Assembly (NCBI GenBank): GCA_040349255.1
Contig: JBEQUE010000051.1
Span: forward strand, 1,599 to 65,598
DNA from: Acidobacteriota bacterium
GTDB lineage: Bacteria; Acidobacteriota; Thermoanaerobaculia; Multivoradales; UBA5704
Direction: 5' to 3'
Length of the DNA stretch: 64,000 nt
A model generated the notes under the pieces. That model was not told the DNA's origin. It did not search any database and saw only the letters and a program-made list of their open reading frames with translations. The position numbers were made by a program, and so were the translations under genes. Every line of letters starts with the position of its first letter. Position 1 is the first letter of the stretch. This document shows, piece by piece, positions 1 through 9,900 of the stretch.

Positions 1-2
1 AT

Positions 3-1118
3 CCCGAGGCCCTGATCAGCACGCTCGTGCGCCTCTCGCGGCTGAGCCTGCTGCCCATGCGCTGGAGCTTCCTGGAGGAGCTCCTGTCCACCCCCCCCTC
101 CACGGTCCGGCGCTGCGAGGCCCTGGCGGCCCGCTTCGGCGTCCCGCCGGAGAGGCTGGAGCGGCTCCTGGCCGGCGAGGGGATCGAGGAGACCCCGGAG
201 GATGCCGCCGCAGACCGCTTCGAGCTGCCGCCGGCCGTCCTGGCGCCGGACCGGCTGTTCACGACCCGGGTCAAGGGGCGGGCGATCCGGGCCCTGGCCT
301 GGGCCTACTTCCTGCCGGCCGTGGGGCTCGCGCTCGGGACGGCGTTCTTCGTCCGGCGGAGCGGCCTGGAGGGCTGGGCGGCCTGGGCGGCCTACCTGGC
401 CGCGCTGATCCTGGCCACGGCCGTCACGGCGGTGGCGGCCGAACGGCTGTCCGTCCTCGGGTACCGGGAGGTCGGAGACCGGCTCGCCGCGCGGCTGGAA
501 TCCGAGGGGCTCGCCCCGGCGGCGCTCGGCGCCGCGTTCGCCGGCTTCGCGCCGCACGGCGACATCCGCCTGTACGAGGGCCACACCGTCTGGGACCTGG
601 GCTTCCTCTATCCCGGCGCGGACGAGCTGGTCTACGCCGGAGACCAGGTGCGGTTCCGCATCCCGCGGCGCGACGTGCTCGCCGTCCGGCCGGGCCTGCA
701 GCGGGGATTCTGGCTGCCGGTCCCGGACCTGCGCGTGGACTGGCGGGACGCCGAGGGGACGGTCCGGCATCTCCGCCTGCGCAGCGCGGCGGGCTCGCTG
801 CTCGTGGTCCGCCGGGCGACCCGGCTCCTCGGCCGCCGCCTGGAAGCCTGGCTGGCCGGCGGGAGCGGTCCGGAGCTGCCGGAGGCCCTCCGGGATCTGC
901 CGCTCCCGCCGCGGTCCGAGGTCACCAGCCAGCCGTTGCGCGGGAGCGTGACCTTCCGGCAGTTGTTCTTCGGGTGCCTGCTCTATTCGCTAGTGACGCT
1001 CGGCATCGGCATCGTCCTGGACCTGGAGATCGAAGCCCTCCGGGCCGCCCTGGCCGCCGGGCTGTTCGTGCCGCTCCAGTACCTTCCCCACTTCCTGGCC
1101 CGACGGGACGGCCCCTGA
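3..1118 (+). CDS. M48-family membrane metalloprotease-like protein, 5' end outside the window; paralog of 1193..3373
   Basis: Frame is open to the window edge (PEALISTLVRLSRLSLLPMRW). It aligns by eye with the C-terminal half of the next gene (FAGFAP..IRLYEGHTVWDLGFL vs FVGFAP..PRIYEGQGVWDLGFL). Confidence 0.8.
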   Translation, partial: PEALISTLVRLSRLSLLPMRWSFLEELLSTPPSTVRRCEALAARFGVPPERLERLLAGEGIEETPEDAAADRFELPPAVLAPDRLFTTRVKGRAIRALAWAYFLPAVGLALGTAFFVRRSGLEGWAAWAAYLAALILATAVTAVAAERLSVLGYREVGDRLAARLESEGLAPAALGAAFAGFAPHGDIRLYEGHTVWDLGFLYPGADELVYAGDQVRFRIPRRDVLAVRPGLQRGFWLPVPDLRVDWRDAEGTVRHLRLRSAAGSLLVVRRATRLLGRRLEAWLAGGSGPELPEALRDLPLPPRSEVTSQPLRGSVTFRQLFFGCLLYSLVTLGIGIVLDLEIEALRAALAAGLFVPLQYLPHFLARRDGP

Positions 1119-1192
1119 AGCCGGTTTCCGGAAGCGCCGGGGAGACGCTCCGACCCTGTTAGAATCGAGGCCTGGACTCCCCAGGAGGTGCG

Positions 1193-3373
1193 ATGCGCGA
1201 TCCACGGCTGTGGTGTGCCTTCCTTTCCTTCACGCCGGCCGCGGAGATCGCCGACGGCTTCCGCGTCTCCGACCTGGCTTGGCGCCTCGGTCTGCTCGGC
1301 GCCCTGGTCCTGTTCCCGATCCCGCTGCTCCTCCTCCGCCGCCGCCGGGTGCTCGCGGCCGAGGGCGAGGCGCGCCTCAACGCCTGGTTCGACTACTGGC
1401 GGACCTACAGGGCCCTCCACCTGGGCGGCTGGCTGCTCTGGGTGGCGGCCTTCTACGCCCTGCGCCTGGACGACTGGGTCGTCTTCGCCGCGCCCGCCAG
1501 CCCCGGAGGCATGGCCTCGCAGCTCCTGCTTTTCCTCCTCCTCGTGGCGCCGCCGGCTCTGGTCTTCCTGATCGGCCACGAGCTGTCCCAGCCCGTGCTC
1601 GCGCACGTCCGGGAGCTGGCCCGGCCGCGCCGGGAGGTGCGGCGCGAGGCGCTCAGCTACCTGCTGCTGGCGATGGTCCCCTTCTCCTGCACCCTGGTCG
1701 GCGTGGGGACGACGCAGCACGACGTGACCGCCGGCGCGCTCTGGCTGCTCGCCGGCTTCGTGATGGCCTTCGTCGGCCGCTGGGTCTACGCGCGCGTCAC
1801 CCGGCTCTTCCCGCACGCTCTGACCCTCGGCGACCTGCGGGAGCGGATCTACGGCATGGCCCGGCACGCCGGGGTGCGGCTCCAGGAGGTCTACATCCTC
1901 CCCGCCTCCCAGCGCCGGATGGCGAACGCCTTCGCCACCTCGGGCAACCACATCCTGCTCACCGACTATCTGGTGGCCAATCTCAGCCGGCGGGAGCTGG
2001 AGGCCGTCGTGGCCCACGAGATCGGCCACCTCCGGCGGCGCCACACCCTGGCCATTCCCGCGGCCTTCCTCGCGATCTACTTCGGCTGGCTGTACGCCTC
2101 GTCGTTCCTCGACGACGTCCTGGAGACCGTCGACCCCCTGCCGCTGCTCCTGCTGTGCGGCCTGCTTCCTCTGCGCTTCCTCCTGCGGCGGTTCGAGCGC
2201 TCGGCGGACGCCCAGGCCGCCGGCCTCACGAACGATCCCGAAGCCATGATCAGCGCGCTCGGAAAGCTCGCACGTCTCAGCCTTCTCCCCCTGCGCTGGA
2301 CGTGGTGGGAGGACACGACGTCCACCCACCCCTCCATGCTCCGGCGCGGCGAGGCGCTCGCCCGCCGGTTCGGCCTGCCGCGCGAGCGCATGGAGCGGCT
2401 GCTTCACGGCGAGGACAACCTGGACGACGCGCGTTACGAGCTGCCCGCGGCCACGCTGAGCGAGGACCGGGTGTTCACGACCTGGTTCAAGGCCCGGAAG
2501 GGCCAGACCGTCCTCTGGACCATGATTGCCTTGTGCGCGCTCTCGGGGGTGCTCTCGTCGTGGGCGGTCCACCGGGCCGGGTGGGGAGCCGGAACCTACC
2601 TCGCGGCCATCGTGGCCGGCTGGCTGGCGCTGCAGCTCCTCCTGAACTGGCTGTCGGTCCGCGGCTATGACGACCTCGGCCGGCGCCTGGTGGCGCGTTT
2701 CGAGAGGGAAGGGCTCCCGGTGGCGGGAGGCGCCTTCGTGGGCTTCGCGCCGGACGACTCGCCGCGCATCTACGAGGGCCAGGGGGTCTGGGACCTCGGT
2801 TTCCTGCTCTTCGGCCGGGACGGCCTCTCCTTCCTCGGCGACCAGGCGCGCTTCCGCCTGCGGCGGGACCAGGTGCAGGCGGTGCGCCTCGGACCGGGCA
2901 CGCCGACCTGGTGGCGGATCGGCAGCGTGTACGTGGACTGGAGGAGCGACGAGGGCGCGACGCGGACCTTTCACCTGCGCGGCACCGGACGGACGCTCCG
3001 GGGTCTCCGCCGGAGCACGGTCAACCTTGCCGGGAGGCTCGAGTCCTGGCTCCGGTCGCCGGAAGGCGGAGAGATCCCCGAGCTGCCGCCTCCGCCGGTC
3101 GCGGACGTCGGCGGCCTCCACCCCCGCGAGGCCCTGCGGCCGCGGTATCTCGTCGCCACCAGCTACTTCATCCTGGTGCTCTGCGCGGTGGGGATCCTGG
3201 CGCTGCAGGACTGGCAGGGGTTCCTGACCGCGCCGCCGGTGGGGATCGCGATCTACCTGCTTCAGGTGGCGCCGTACTGGTTCACTTCCACCACCCGCTC
3301 CGCCCTGAGGAACCAGAGCTCGAAGCGCGGCTCCTCCTCCAGCGCGAGCGCCTCGCGCAGCGCCCGCACGTAG
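1193..3373 (+). CDS. M48 (HtpX/Ste24-like) zinc metalloprotease with extra TM segments and a C-terminal domain
   Basis: ANAFA, AVVAHEIGH (HExxH), ERSAD and STHPS motifs; many TM helices; GGAGG RBS and TAGAAT upstream. Confidence 0.85.
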   Translation: MRDPRLWCAFLSFTPAAEIADGFRVSDLAWRLGLLGALVLFPIPLLLLRRRRVLAAEGEARLNAWFDYWRTYRALHLGGWLLWVAAFYALRLDDWVVFAAPASPGGMASQLLLFLLLVAPPALVFLIGHELSQPVLAHVRELARPRREVRREALSYLLLAMVPFSCTLVGVGTTQHDVTAGALWLLAGFVMAFVGRWVYARVTRLFPHALTLGDLRERIYGMARHAGVRLQEVYILPASQRRMANAFATSGNHILLTDYLVANLSRRELEAVVAHEIGHLRRRHTLAIPAAFLAIYFGWLYASSFLDDVLETVDPLPLLLLCGLLPLRFLLRRFERSADAQAAGLTNDPEAMISALGKLARLSLLPLRWTWWEDTTSTHPSMLRRGEALARRFGLPRERMERLLHGEDNLDDARYELPAATLSEDRVFTTWFKARKGQTVLWTMIALCALSGVLSSWAVHRAGWGAGTYLAAIVAGWLALQLLLNWLSVRGYDDLGRRLVARFEREGLPVAGGAFVGFAPDDSPRIYEGQGVWDLGFLLFGRDGLSFLGDQARFRLRRDQVQAVRLGPGTPTWWRIGSVYVDWRSDEGATRTFHLRGTGRTLRGLRRSTVNLAGRLESWLRSPEGGEIPELPPPPVADVGGLHPREALRPRYLVATSYFILVLCAVGILALQDWQGFLTAPPVGIAIYLLQVAPYWFTSTTRSALRNQSSKRGSSSSASASRSART

Positions 3374-6300
3374 GTCCCGCCCTGGGAGGCGTAGACCGCC
3401 GCCCGGGCCTCGATCCCGCCGGCCCCGGCCGCGTCGGTCTTGTAGTCGGCCACCACCAGGCGGCCGGTCGCGGGATCGCGGTAGAGCAGGTCGATCGTTC
3501 CCGTGACCACCCCGATCGCCCCCGCCCCGGACGGCGGCAGCAGCACGGGCAGCTCCCGGGCCACGACGTGCTCCTTCAGGTCGCGCAGCCGGGTCAGCAG
3601 CCGGCTCCCCGCGAAGCCCTCCAGCAGCTCGGTCGCCAGGGGCAGGGCCCGGGCCGCGACGTCCGCCTCGGCCAGCGTGCCCAGGTAGGACGGCAGCAGC
3701 CCGCGCTGGCGCCCGGCCTCGACCGCCGGGTCGGCGGTGAGGTCCCAGGTCTCCAGCGCGCGGTGGACCGCGCCTCCCGCGGCCATGGCCGCGTCGCGGT
3801 CCGCCCCTTCGGAACGCTCCTCGTCGCCGGTGCGGCGGTCGGCCTGCTGCTCGCGCAGCAGGTCGTGCGAGTCCTCCGAGGCCGCCCCGCCGAAACGGCG
3901 GCCCATGCGGGCCTCGGCCTCGGCGCGGCGCGCGGCCAGGGCCCCCGACTCGCGCGCCACCTCGGCGGCCGAAGGCAGGGCCACGGTCTCCGGCCGGCCG
4001 GCCTCTCCGTCCCCGGCCTCGGGCCGCAGGACCGGGAACTTCCACAGCGCGCCCGCGCGGTCCGGAGACGACCAGGCTCCCTGCTCCCAGAGCTCCGCCA
4101 GCCCGGGCCGGCCCGGGCGCCAGAGCAGCAGCTCCAGGTGCGAGCGCGCCTGCTCCGGCGGGCGAGGGTCGCCCTCCTCCGGCCAGACGCCGGCGAGCAC
4201 CAGGCGGTCCTTGGCCCGGGTCATGGCCACGTAGAGCGTCCGCACCCGCTCGGCCGCCTCGACCTCGCGGTTCCCGGCGTCCACGAGGTCGAAGGCCAGG
4301 GTCGGCGCGCCGAGCAGCCGGTACTCCCAGCGGTCGGCTTCAGGGTCGGCTTCGATCCGGCCGGCCTCGGTGCGCGGGCCGCCCTCGCCGCCGGACTGCC
4401 GGTGGAGCTGCACCAGGTAGACATGCTTGAAGTCGAGCCCCTTGGCGCCGTGGATGGTCATCACCTGGACCGCGTCCTCGGCGCCGTCCTGCGGCCGGCC
4501 CTCCTCCGCCTCGCGCGCCTCGGCCACGCTGCGGCGCAGGCTGCGCAGGACGCCGAAGGCGTCGCCCCCGCCGTCCTCCATGGCCTTGAGGAGCTGGCGG
4601 AAGAAACGGTCCAGGTTCGCCAGGCGGTAGGGGCCCAGGTAGCGCGCCGCCTCCGTGACGTCCACCAGGAGCAGGCCCCGCAGCTTCTCCAGGAACAGGT
4701 CCGCCGGATCGGCCGCGAACGACTGCCGGAGCTCCGCGAGCGCCGCGACCGCGGCCTTGAGGCTCGCCGCCCAGCCGCTCTGGATCGCCGGCATGCCGGG
4801 GATGCCCGGCGGGACTTCGGCCGCGGCCTCGTCGATCAGCCCGGGCAGGTCCTGGAGCCCCTCGGGCGACGCCAGCTCGGTCATGAGCTTCGGGAACCTG
4901 CGCGCCCAGAGCGGGATGAGCGCCGCGTCGGGCACCCCGACCGACGGCGAGCGCAGCACGGTGAGGAGCGCCAGGTGGTCGCCCGGGTCGAGCACCGAGC
5001 GCACCAGGGCCGCGGCGTCGATGACCTCGCGGCGGCGGTAGTAGTGCTTGTCGCGGCCGACCGCGAACGGCACGCCGGCGCGGCGCAGGGCTTCCAGATA
5101 CAGATCGAGCTGGCTCATGCCGCGCAGCAGGATCGCCATGTCCTTCCAGGCCTCGCCGCGGCCGTGGAGCGCCACCAGGTCGGAGGCCACGGCCGCGGCC
5201 TCCAGCTCCGTGGCCTCGACGGCGAGCGTCTGCGAGCGCCCCTCCCCCCAGGAGACCCAGTGCTCGACCGGAGCCCACACCTCCTCCGCGAAGCCGGGCT
5301 CGTCCCGGCGGAGGTCGCACGGCAGCAGCCGCTCGAAGCGCGGCTGGAGGCCGGGGCGCTCGCGCATGACAGGCTCGATGGCGCGCGCCACCTCGTCGAG
5401 GATGGCCGGCACCGAGCGGAAGTTCTCGACCAGCGGCCGGACCTCGCCCCAACCCTGGCGCACGCGCTCCAGGAAGCCGTCGTAGGCCCGCAGGTCCGCG
5501 CTGCGCCAGCCGTAGATCGACTGCTTCGGGTCGCCCACCAGGAAGAGGCCGGGGCGCTCCTCGGGCGGACCGTCGAGCGCGATCCAGCGCAGGATCTCGC
5601 ACTGCACGCGGTCGGTGTCCTGGAACTCGTCCACCAGGAGCTGGTCGATGCCGCGCCGCACCCGGGTCCGGACGGAGAGGTGCCGCGCCAGCAGCCGCTC
5701 GGCGCCGGTGAGCAGCGAGTCGAAGGTCGCGATGCCGCGGGACCGGAGCGTCCGCTCGACCTCCGCGAGCAGCGGGGCGAGCCCGAGCCGGGCGTGCTCC
5801 AGCAACCCGGGGTCGAGCGCGTTGACGTGGTCGATCAGCCGGCAGAGGCGGGAGGCGAGCGGCATCAGCTCCTCGCGCGACTCGCCAAGGACGCGGAGCT
5901 CCGTGGAGGCGCCGAGCGAGCCGCGGCCCCATTTCTTGTCGAGGTGCTCGACCAGGTTCTCCGGCAGCAGCTCGCGGACCGTCTCGCGCAGCGCCTCCAA
6001 GGCCATCGGCCCTTCCAGCAGCCGATCGGCGAGGGTGCCGAGCCGCTCCTCGATCTGCTTCGCGTTCGGCAGCCTGACGCCGGTGAGGAGAGGCTCGACC
6101 AGGTCCAGGACCGACCTGGCGGCGAAGATCAGCCGGCCGCGCAGCTCCTCGACCCGCTCCGGAGCCAGCGGGTCCTCCCGCAGGACCTCCGAGGGCAACC
6201 CCTTCTGGACCAGCGCGATCAACGCCTCCGCCACCTCGCGCGGCCCGAAGCCGCGCGCGGCCAGGGCCAGGAGATGCGGATCGCCCGGATCGCCGTAACC

Positions 6301-6933
6301 TTCGCGGAGCGACGACTCCACGGTCTCCTGGACCACCGCTTCCAGGAGCAGGCCGTCGGCGTCCACCTGGAGGTCCGGGTGGAGTCCGGCTTCCAGGGGG
6401 TGATCCGCGAGCAGGCCGAGGCAGAAGGCGTGGATGGTGCGGATCGCCAGGTGGTCGAGCGTGGAGGCCAGGGCGCGGGCGCGGCGGGCGCGCTCCTCGG
6501 GCGGCGGCAGGACGGTGAGGTCGAGCCAGTCCGGCGGCTCGGCCCCGAGCGCGAGGGCGCCGAGCTCGCGGGCGGCGCGCGAGGCCATCTCGGCCGCCGC
6601 GGCCTCGGTGAAGGTGATGGCCACGACGCCGCCGAGCACAGCGGCGGCAATTCGGTCGGGTCGGTCGGGTCGGTCCGGCCCCGGCGCGGGCCGGCGCGCC
6701 TCCGCGGCCCGTTTCGCCATCTCCGTCTCCTTCGCCTCCCAACCGACGCCGAGCGTCCAGGCGAGGAGCCTGCCGATGAGCGTGGTCGTCTTGCCGGTGC
6801 CGGCGCCGGCTTCGAGGACGAGCGGCCGGTCGAAGCGCCGCTGGGCCTCGCGCCGCGCCGCGCGGTCGGCTTCGAGCAGGAGGTCGTCGTCCCGCCGCGC
6901 GCCGAACGCGCCGACCAGCACCCGGCCGCTCAC
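3262..6933 (-). CDS. addA: AddA-like UvrD helicase/nuclease
   Basis: EAGAGTGKTT, ITFT, TIHAFC, VDEFQD, VGDPKQSIYGWRSAD, MTIHGAKGLDF, YVAMTRAKD, and a C-terminal GTIDLL..DYKT nuclease. GTG start overlaps the addB stop (GTGA). Confidence 0.9.
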   Translation of the reverse strand: MSGRVLVGAFGARRDDDLLLEADRAARREAQRRFDRPLVLEAGAGTGKTTTLIGRLLAWTLGVGWEAKETEMAKRAAEARRPAPGPDRPDRPDRIAAAVLGGVVAITFTEAAAAEMASRAARELGALALGAEPPDWLDLTVLPPPEERARRARALASTLDHLAIRTIHAFCLGLLADHPLEAGLHPDLQVDADGLLLEAVVQETVESSLREGYGDPGDPHLLALAARGFGPREVAEALIALVQKGLPSEVLREDPLAPERVEELRGRLIFAARSVLDLVEPLLTGVRLPNAKQIEERLGTLADRLLEGPMALEALRETVRELLPENLVEHLDKKWGRGSLGASTELRVLGESREELMPLASRLCRLIDHVNALDPGLLEHARLGLAPLLAEVERTLRSRGIATFDSLLTGAERLLARHLSVRTRVRRGIDQLLVDEFQDTDRVQCEILRWIALDGPPEERPGLFLVGDPKQSIYGWRSADLRAYDGFLERVRQGWGEVRPLVENFRSVPAILDEVARAIEPVMRERPGLQPRFERLLPCDLRRDEPGFAEEVWAPVEHWVSWGEGRSQTLAVEATELEAAAVASDLVALHGRGEAWKDMAILLRGMSQLDLYLEALRRAGVPFAVGRDKHYYRRREVIDAAALVRSVLDPGDHLALLTVLRSPSVGVPDAALIPLWARRFPKLMTELASPEGLQDLPGLIDEAAAEVPPGIPGMPAIQSGWAASLKAAVAALAELRQSFAADPADLFLEKLRGLLLVDVTEAARYLGPYRLANLDRFFRQLLKAMEDGGGDAFGVLRSLRRSVAEAREAEEGRPQDGAEDAVQVMTIHGAKGLDFKHVYLVQLHRQSGGEGGPRTEAGRIEADPEADRWEYRLLGAPTLAFDLVDAGNREVEAAERVRTLYVAMTRAKDRLVLAGVWPEEGDPRPPEQARSHLELLLWRPGRPGLAELWEQGAWSSPDRAGALWKFPVLRPEAGDGEAGRPETVALPSAAEVARESGALAARRAEAEARMGRRFGGAASEDSHDLLREQQADRRTGDEERSEGADRDAAMAAGGAVHRALETWDLTADPAVEAGRQRGLLPSYLGTLAEADVAARALPLATELLEGFAGSRLLTRLRDLKEHVVARELPVLLPPSGAGAIGVVTGTIDLLYRDPATGRLVVADYKTDAAGAGGIEARAAVYASQGGTYVRALREALALEEEPRFELWFLRAERVVEVNQYGAT

Positions 6934-9900
6934 GGCGCGGGCTCCTCCCGGTCCTTGGCCGGCAGGCGCCAGACTCCCAGGAGAGAGGCCTCGGCGTCGG
7001 GGAGGTCGGGGACGCCGCGCATGCGGTCCGCCCATTCGAGCAGGCGCACGCGGGAGCCCGAGTCGCCCCGGACGCACGCCTCGGCCACCTCGCAGACCTT
7101 GCAGCGCCCGGGCTCGTTGCGGCCGGCCGGGTCGACCACGCGCGGGAAGAACGTCCCCGCGTCCCAGGCCGCCAGCACGGCCCGGATCGAGGAGGCGAAC
7201 GCCTCGATCAGGTCCAGGTCGGCCTCGCCGGCGGCAAACACCCGCGCGCCCTGCAGGTCCGGCCGCAGGAAGAGATACCGTCCCTCGCCGCGGCCGTCTC
7301 CCGCGAGGTGGTACGCCACCGCCTGCAGGTGGCTGCCGGCCTGGACCCGGGCCAGGAAGTGGCGCCGGCGGACGTCCTCCTTCTTCTTGTCCGAGATGGG
7401 CTGGCCGGTCTTGTAGTCGGTACGCCGGAGCGTCCCGTCCGCCAGGAGGTCGACCCGGTCGGCGCGGAAGCGGACGGACCGCGGCCGGCCCTGGCCGTCG
7501 AGCACCTGGAGCGCGCCCTCGTCCTCGGCCCGGAGCACCGGGACCGGCCCCTCGGCCCAGTCCGAGTCCCGGGCCGCGTCGAGCCGCGGAGCGACCTGTT
7601 CGGCCAGGGCCCGGGCGAGGCCGTTCAGGAAGACGCCCTCCCGCTCCAGCAGCCGGGCCGCCGCCTGCTCGACGAGATCCCGAAGCTCCTCTTCCGCCGG
7701 CCAGGAGACGGGCACCGGCCTGCCGTTCGCCGCCGGGCGGGATTCGCGGACGATCCGTTCCAGCACCGCGTGAACCAGGTTGCCCAGCAGGAGCGGGTCG
7801 GACCCGGGCGCCATCTGGAGCGGGTCCGGCGTGGGCTCCAGCCGCAGGAGCTTCTGCAGGAAGAGCTGCCAGGGACAGGAGGCCAGCGCTTCGAGGTGCG
7901 TGATGAAGAGGTCGCGGCGCCGCGGGTCCCGCGGGTGCACGCCGGCCGGGCCGACGAAGCCGAAGTACGGTCCGAGACGGGCGCGCGCCGCCCGGCCCTC
8001 GGGCGTCCGGAGGTCGGGATCGATCTCGTCGAGCACGGCCAGCCGCGCGGCGGCGAGAGCCCGGTCCCCGGACGCGAGCGGCAGGACGAGCGCGAGATCC
8101 GACCGCGAGCCGTGCAGCCCGGCGAGGACGGCGCGCTCGGCGGCCGTCCTCGGGCCCCGGCCCACCGCCTCCCGCGACCACAGCGGCGGCACCCGTGGCG
8201 CCTCGGCCGTGTCGCGCAGGAGCGGCGAGGCCGAGACCGCCTTGCCGTCCTCGTCCGCGCTCTGCCAGGAGAGGGTGACGGCCGGGCTCGAAGAGAGCAG
8301 GTGGGAGAACAGCCAGCGCTCCTCGTCGAAGCCGCCGAGCTTGACCGGCACGTCCGGGATCACCCGCTGGATCACGCGGCGGAGATCGTCCGGCAGGAGA
8401 GGGTCCTGCCGGACGCCGCGCGGGAAGACGTCGCGGTTCAGGCCGGCCAGGAAGAGGTGCTCGAACGTGCGCCCGCGGGCCTCCATGGCGGTGAGCACCG
8501 GCACGCCGCCGCCGGCGCCGCCGAGCTCGGCGGTGCCGGCGTCTTCCAGCTCCAGGGCCAGGAGGCGCCGCAGCTCGTCGCGGTCGAGCGCGAACCGCGG
8601 CGGCACCTCGCGGCGCAGGGTCCCCAGCGCTTCGACCACCGGGCCCTCCCCGCGCCAGCCGAGGATCCCGAGGATCTCCTCCAAGCGGGAGAAGTGGTCC
8701 TTGGCGGCGGCGTCCTCGGTCCAGGCGCCGAGCCGCTCGCGCACCAGGCCGGCGAGGCGCACCGCCTCCCGGATGGGCTCGCTCCGAACCTCCCGCCGCA
8801 CGGCCTGGACCTGGCCGTCTCCCTCTTCCACGTCCACGGTATCGGCCTCGTTGCCGTCGCGTCCGCTCTGCTGCAGCCCGTGGCGGATCGGCAGGGGAAA
8901 GAAATGCACCTCCTGGCCGTCGGAATCCACCTTCCTGTGGAGGAACCGCTCGGGCCGGAGCGCGGCCACGTCGCGCAGCCGGCCGGCGCCGAGCGCGGCG
9001 AAGGCGAGCCGGAGGTCGACGCCTCCCGGCAGGTCAGCGACCGCGTCGAGCCAGCGGTCGGCGGGCGCGTCCTCGCCGCGCCGGAGCAGCTCCAGGAAGG
9101 CGCGCGCCCGGCGGCCGGCGGGACCGAGAGCGCCGCGGGTGCCCACCGCCGAGAACGGCACGCCGAGCCTCCGCAGGTGCCGGGAGAGCGGCAGCCGGTA
9201 CGAGGAGAGATCGCGCGCCGCGATCCCGACCGCCTCCGGCCGCACGCCTTCATCCAGCAGACCGCGGACGCGCCGGGCGATCTCGCGGGTCTCGGCCTCG
9301 ACGCCCGGAGCCTGGAAGCGCTCGATGCGCGGCGGCGGGATGTCGGCCAGGGGGGGCGGCGGCGGCTCGTCCAGGGACGCCACCGGCGACAGCCGCACTG
9401 CGAGCCGCTCTGTGAACGCGCTCTCGACCCCCTCGCCCTGCCAGGAGGGCGGCCGGTCGAGCACGAGCCACGCCTGCCGGCGGCGCAGCAGCGACTGGAG
9501 GAGGTCGGCGGCCACGCCGGTCGCGTCCGCGAACCCGTGGACGATCACGGTCCGCGCCGGCAGGACCGCCTCGGGATCGGCTTCCAGCAGATCGGTCGCC
9601 CGGCGCAGCAGGGTCGACAGGGTGCCGAGCCGGAGGCGCCGCAGGTCGGCCTCGGTCCGGGCCGCGACCCGGACCAGGGCCCGGGCGCGGTCGATCGCCG
9701 CCCGGGAGGCCACGAACGGACCGTCGAGGGCCAGCGCCTCCTCGGCTGCCTCGGCATGGACCGGCTCCAGCCCGGCGTCGAGCAGGTCGCGCACCGTCCC
9801 GGCCACGGCGCCGTAGCCGTCCACGAGATCGCCGAGCCCGTCGCGCAGGTGCCGCTCGGCCGCGGCATGCCGCTGGACCAGCACCTCGGCGAGCCGCCGG

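Noticed and set aside
6934-8181. 415-aa N-terminal extension of AddA in the ORF track
   Set aside because: It overlaps addB out of frame; the GTGA overlap at 6930-6933 gives a normal start.
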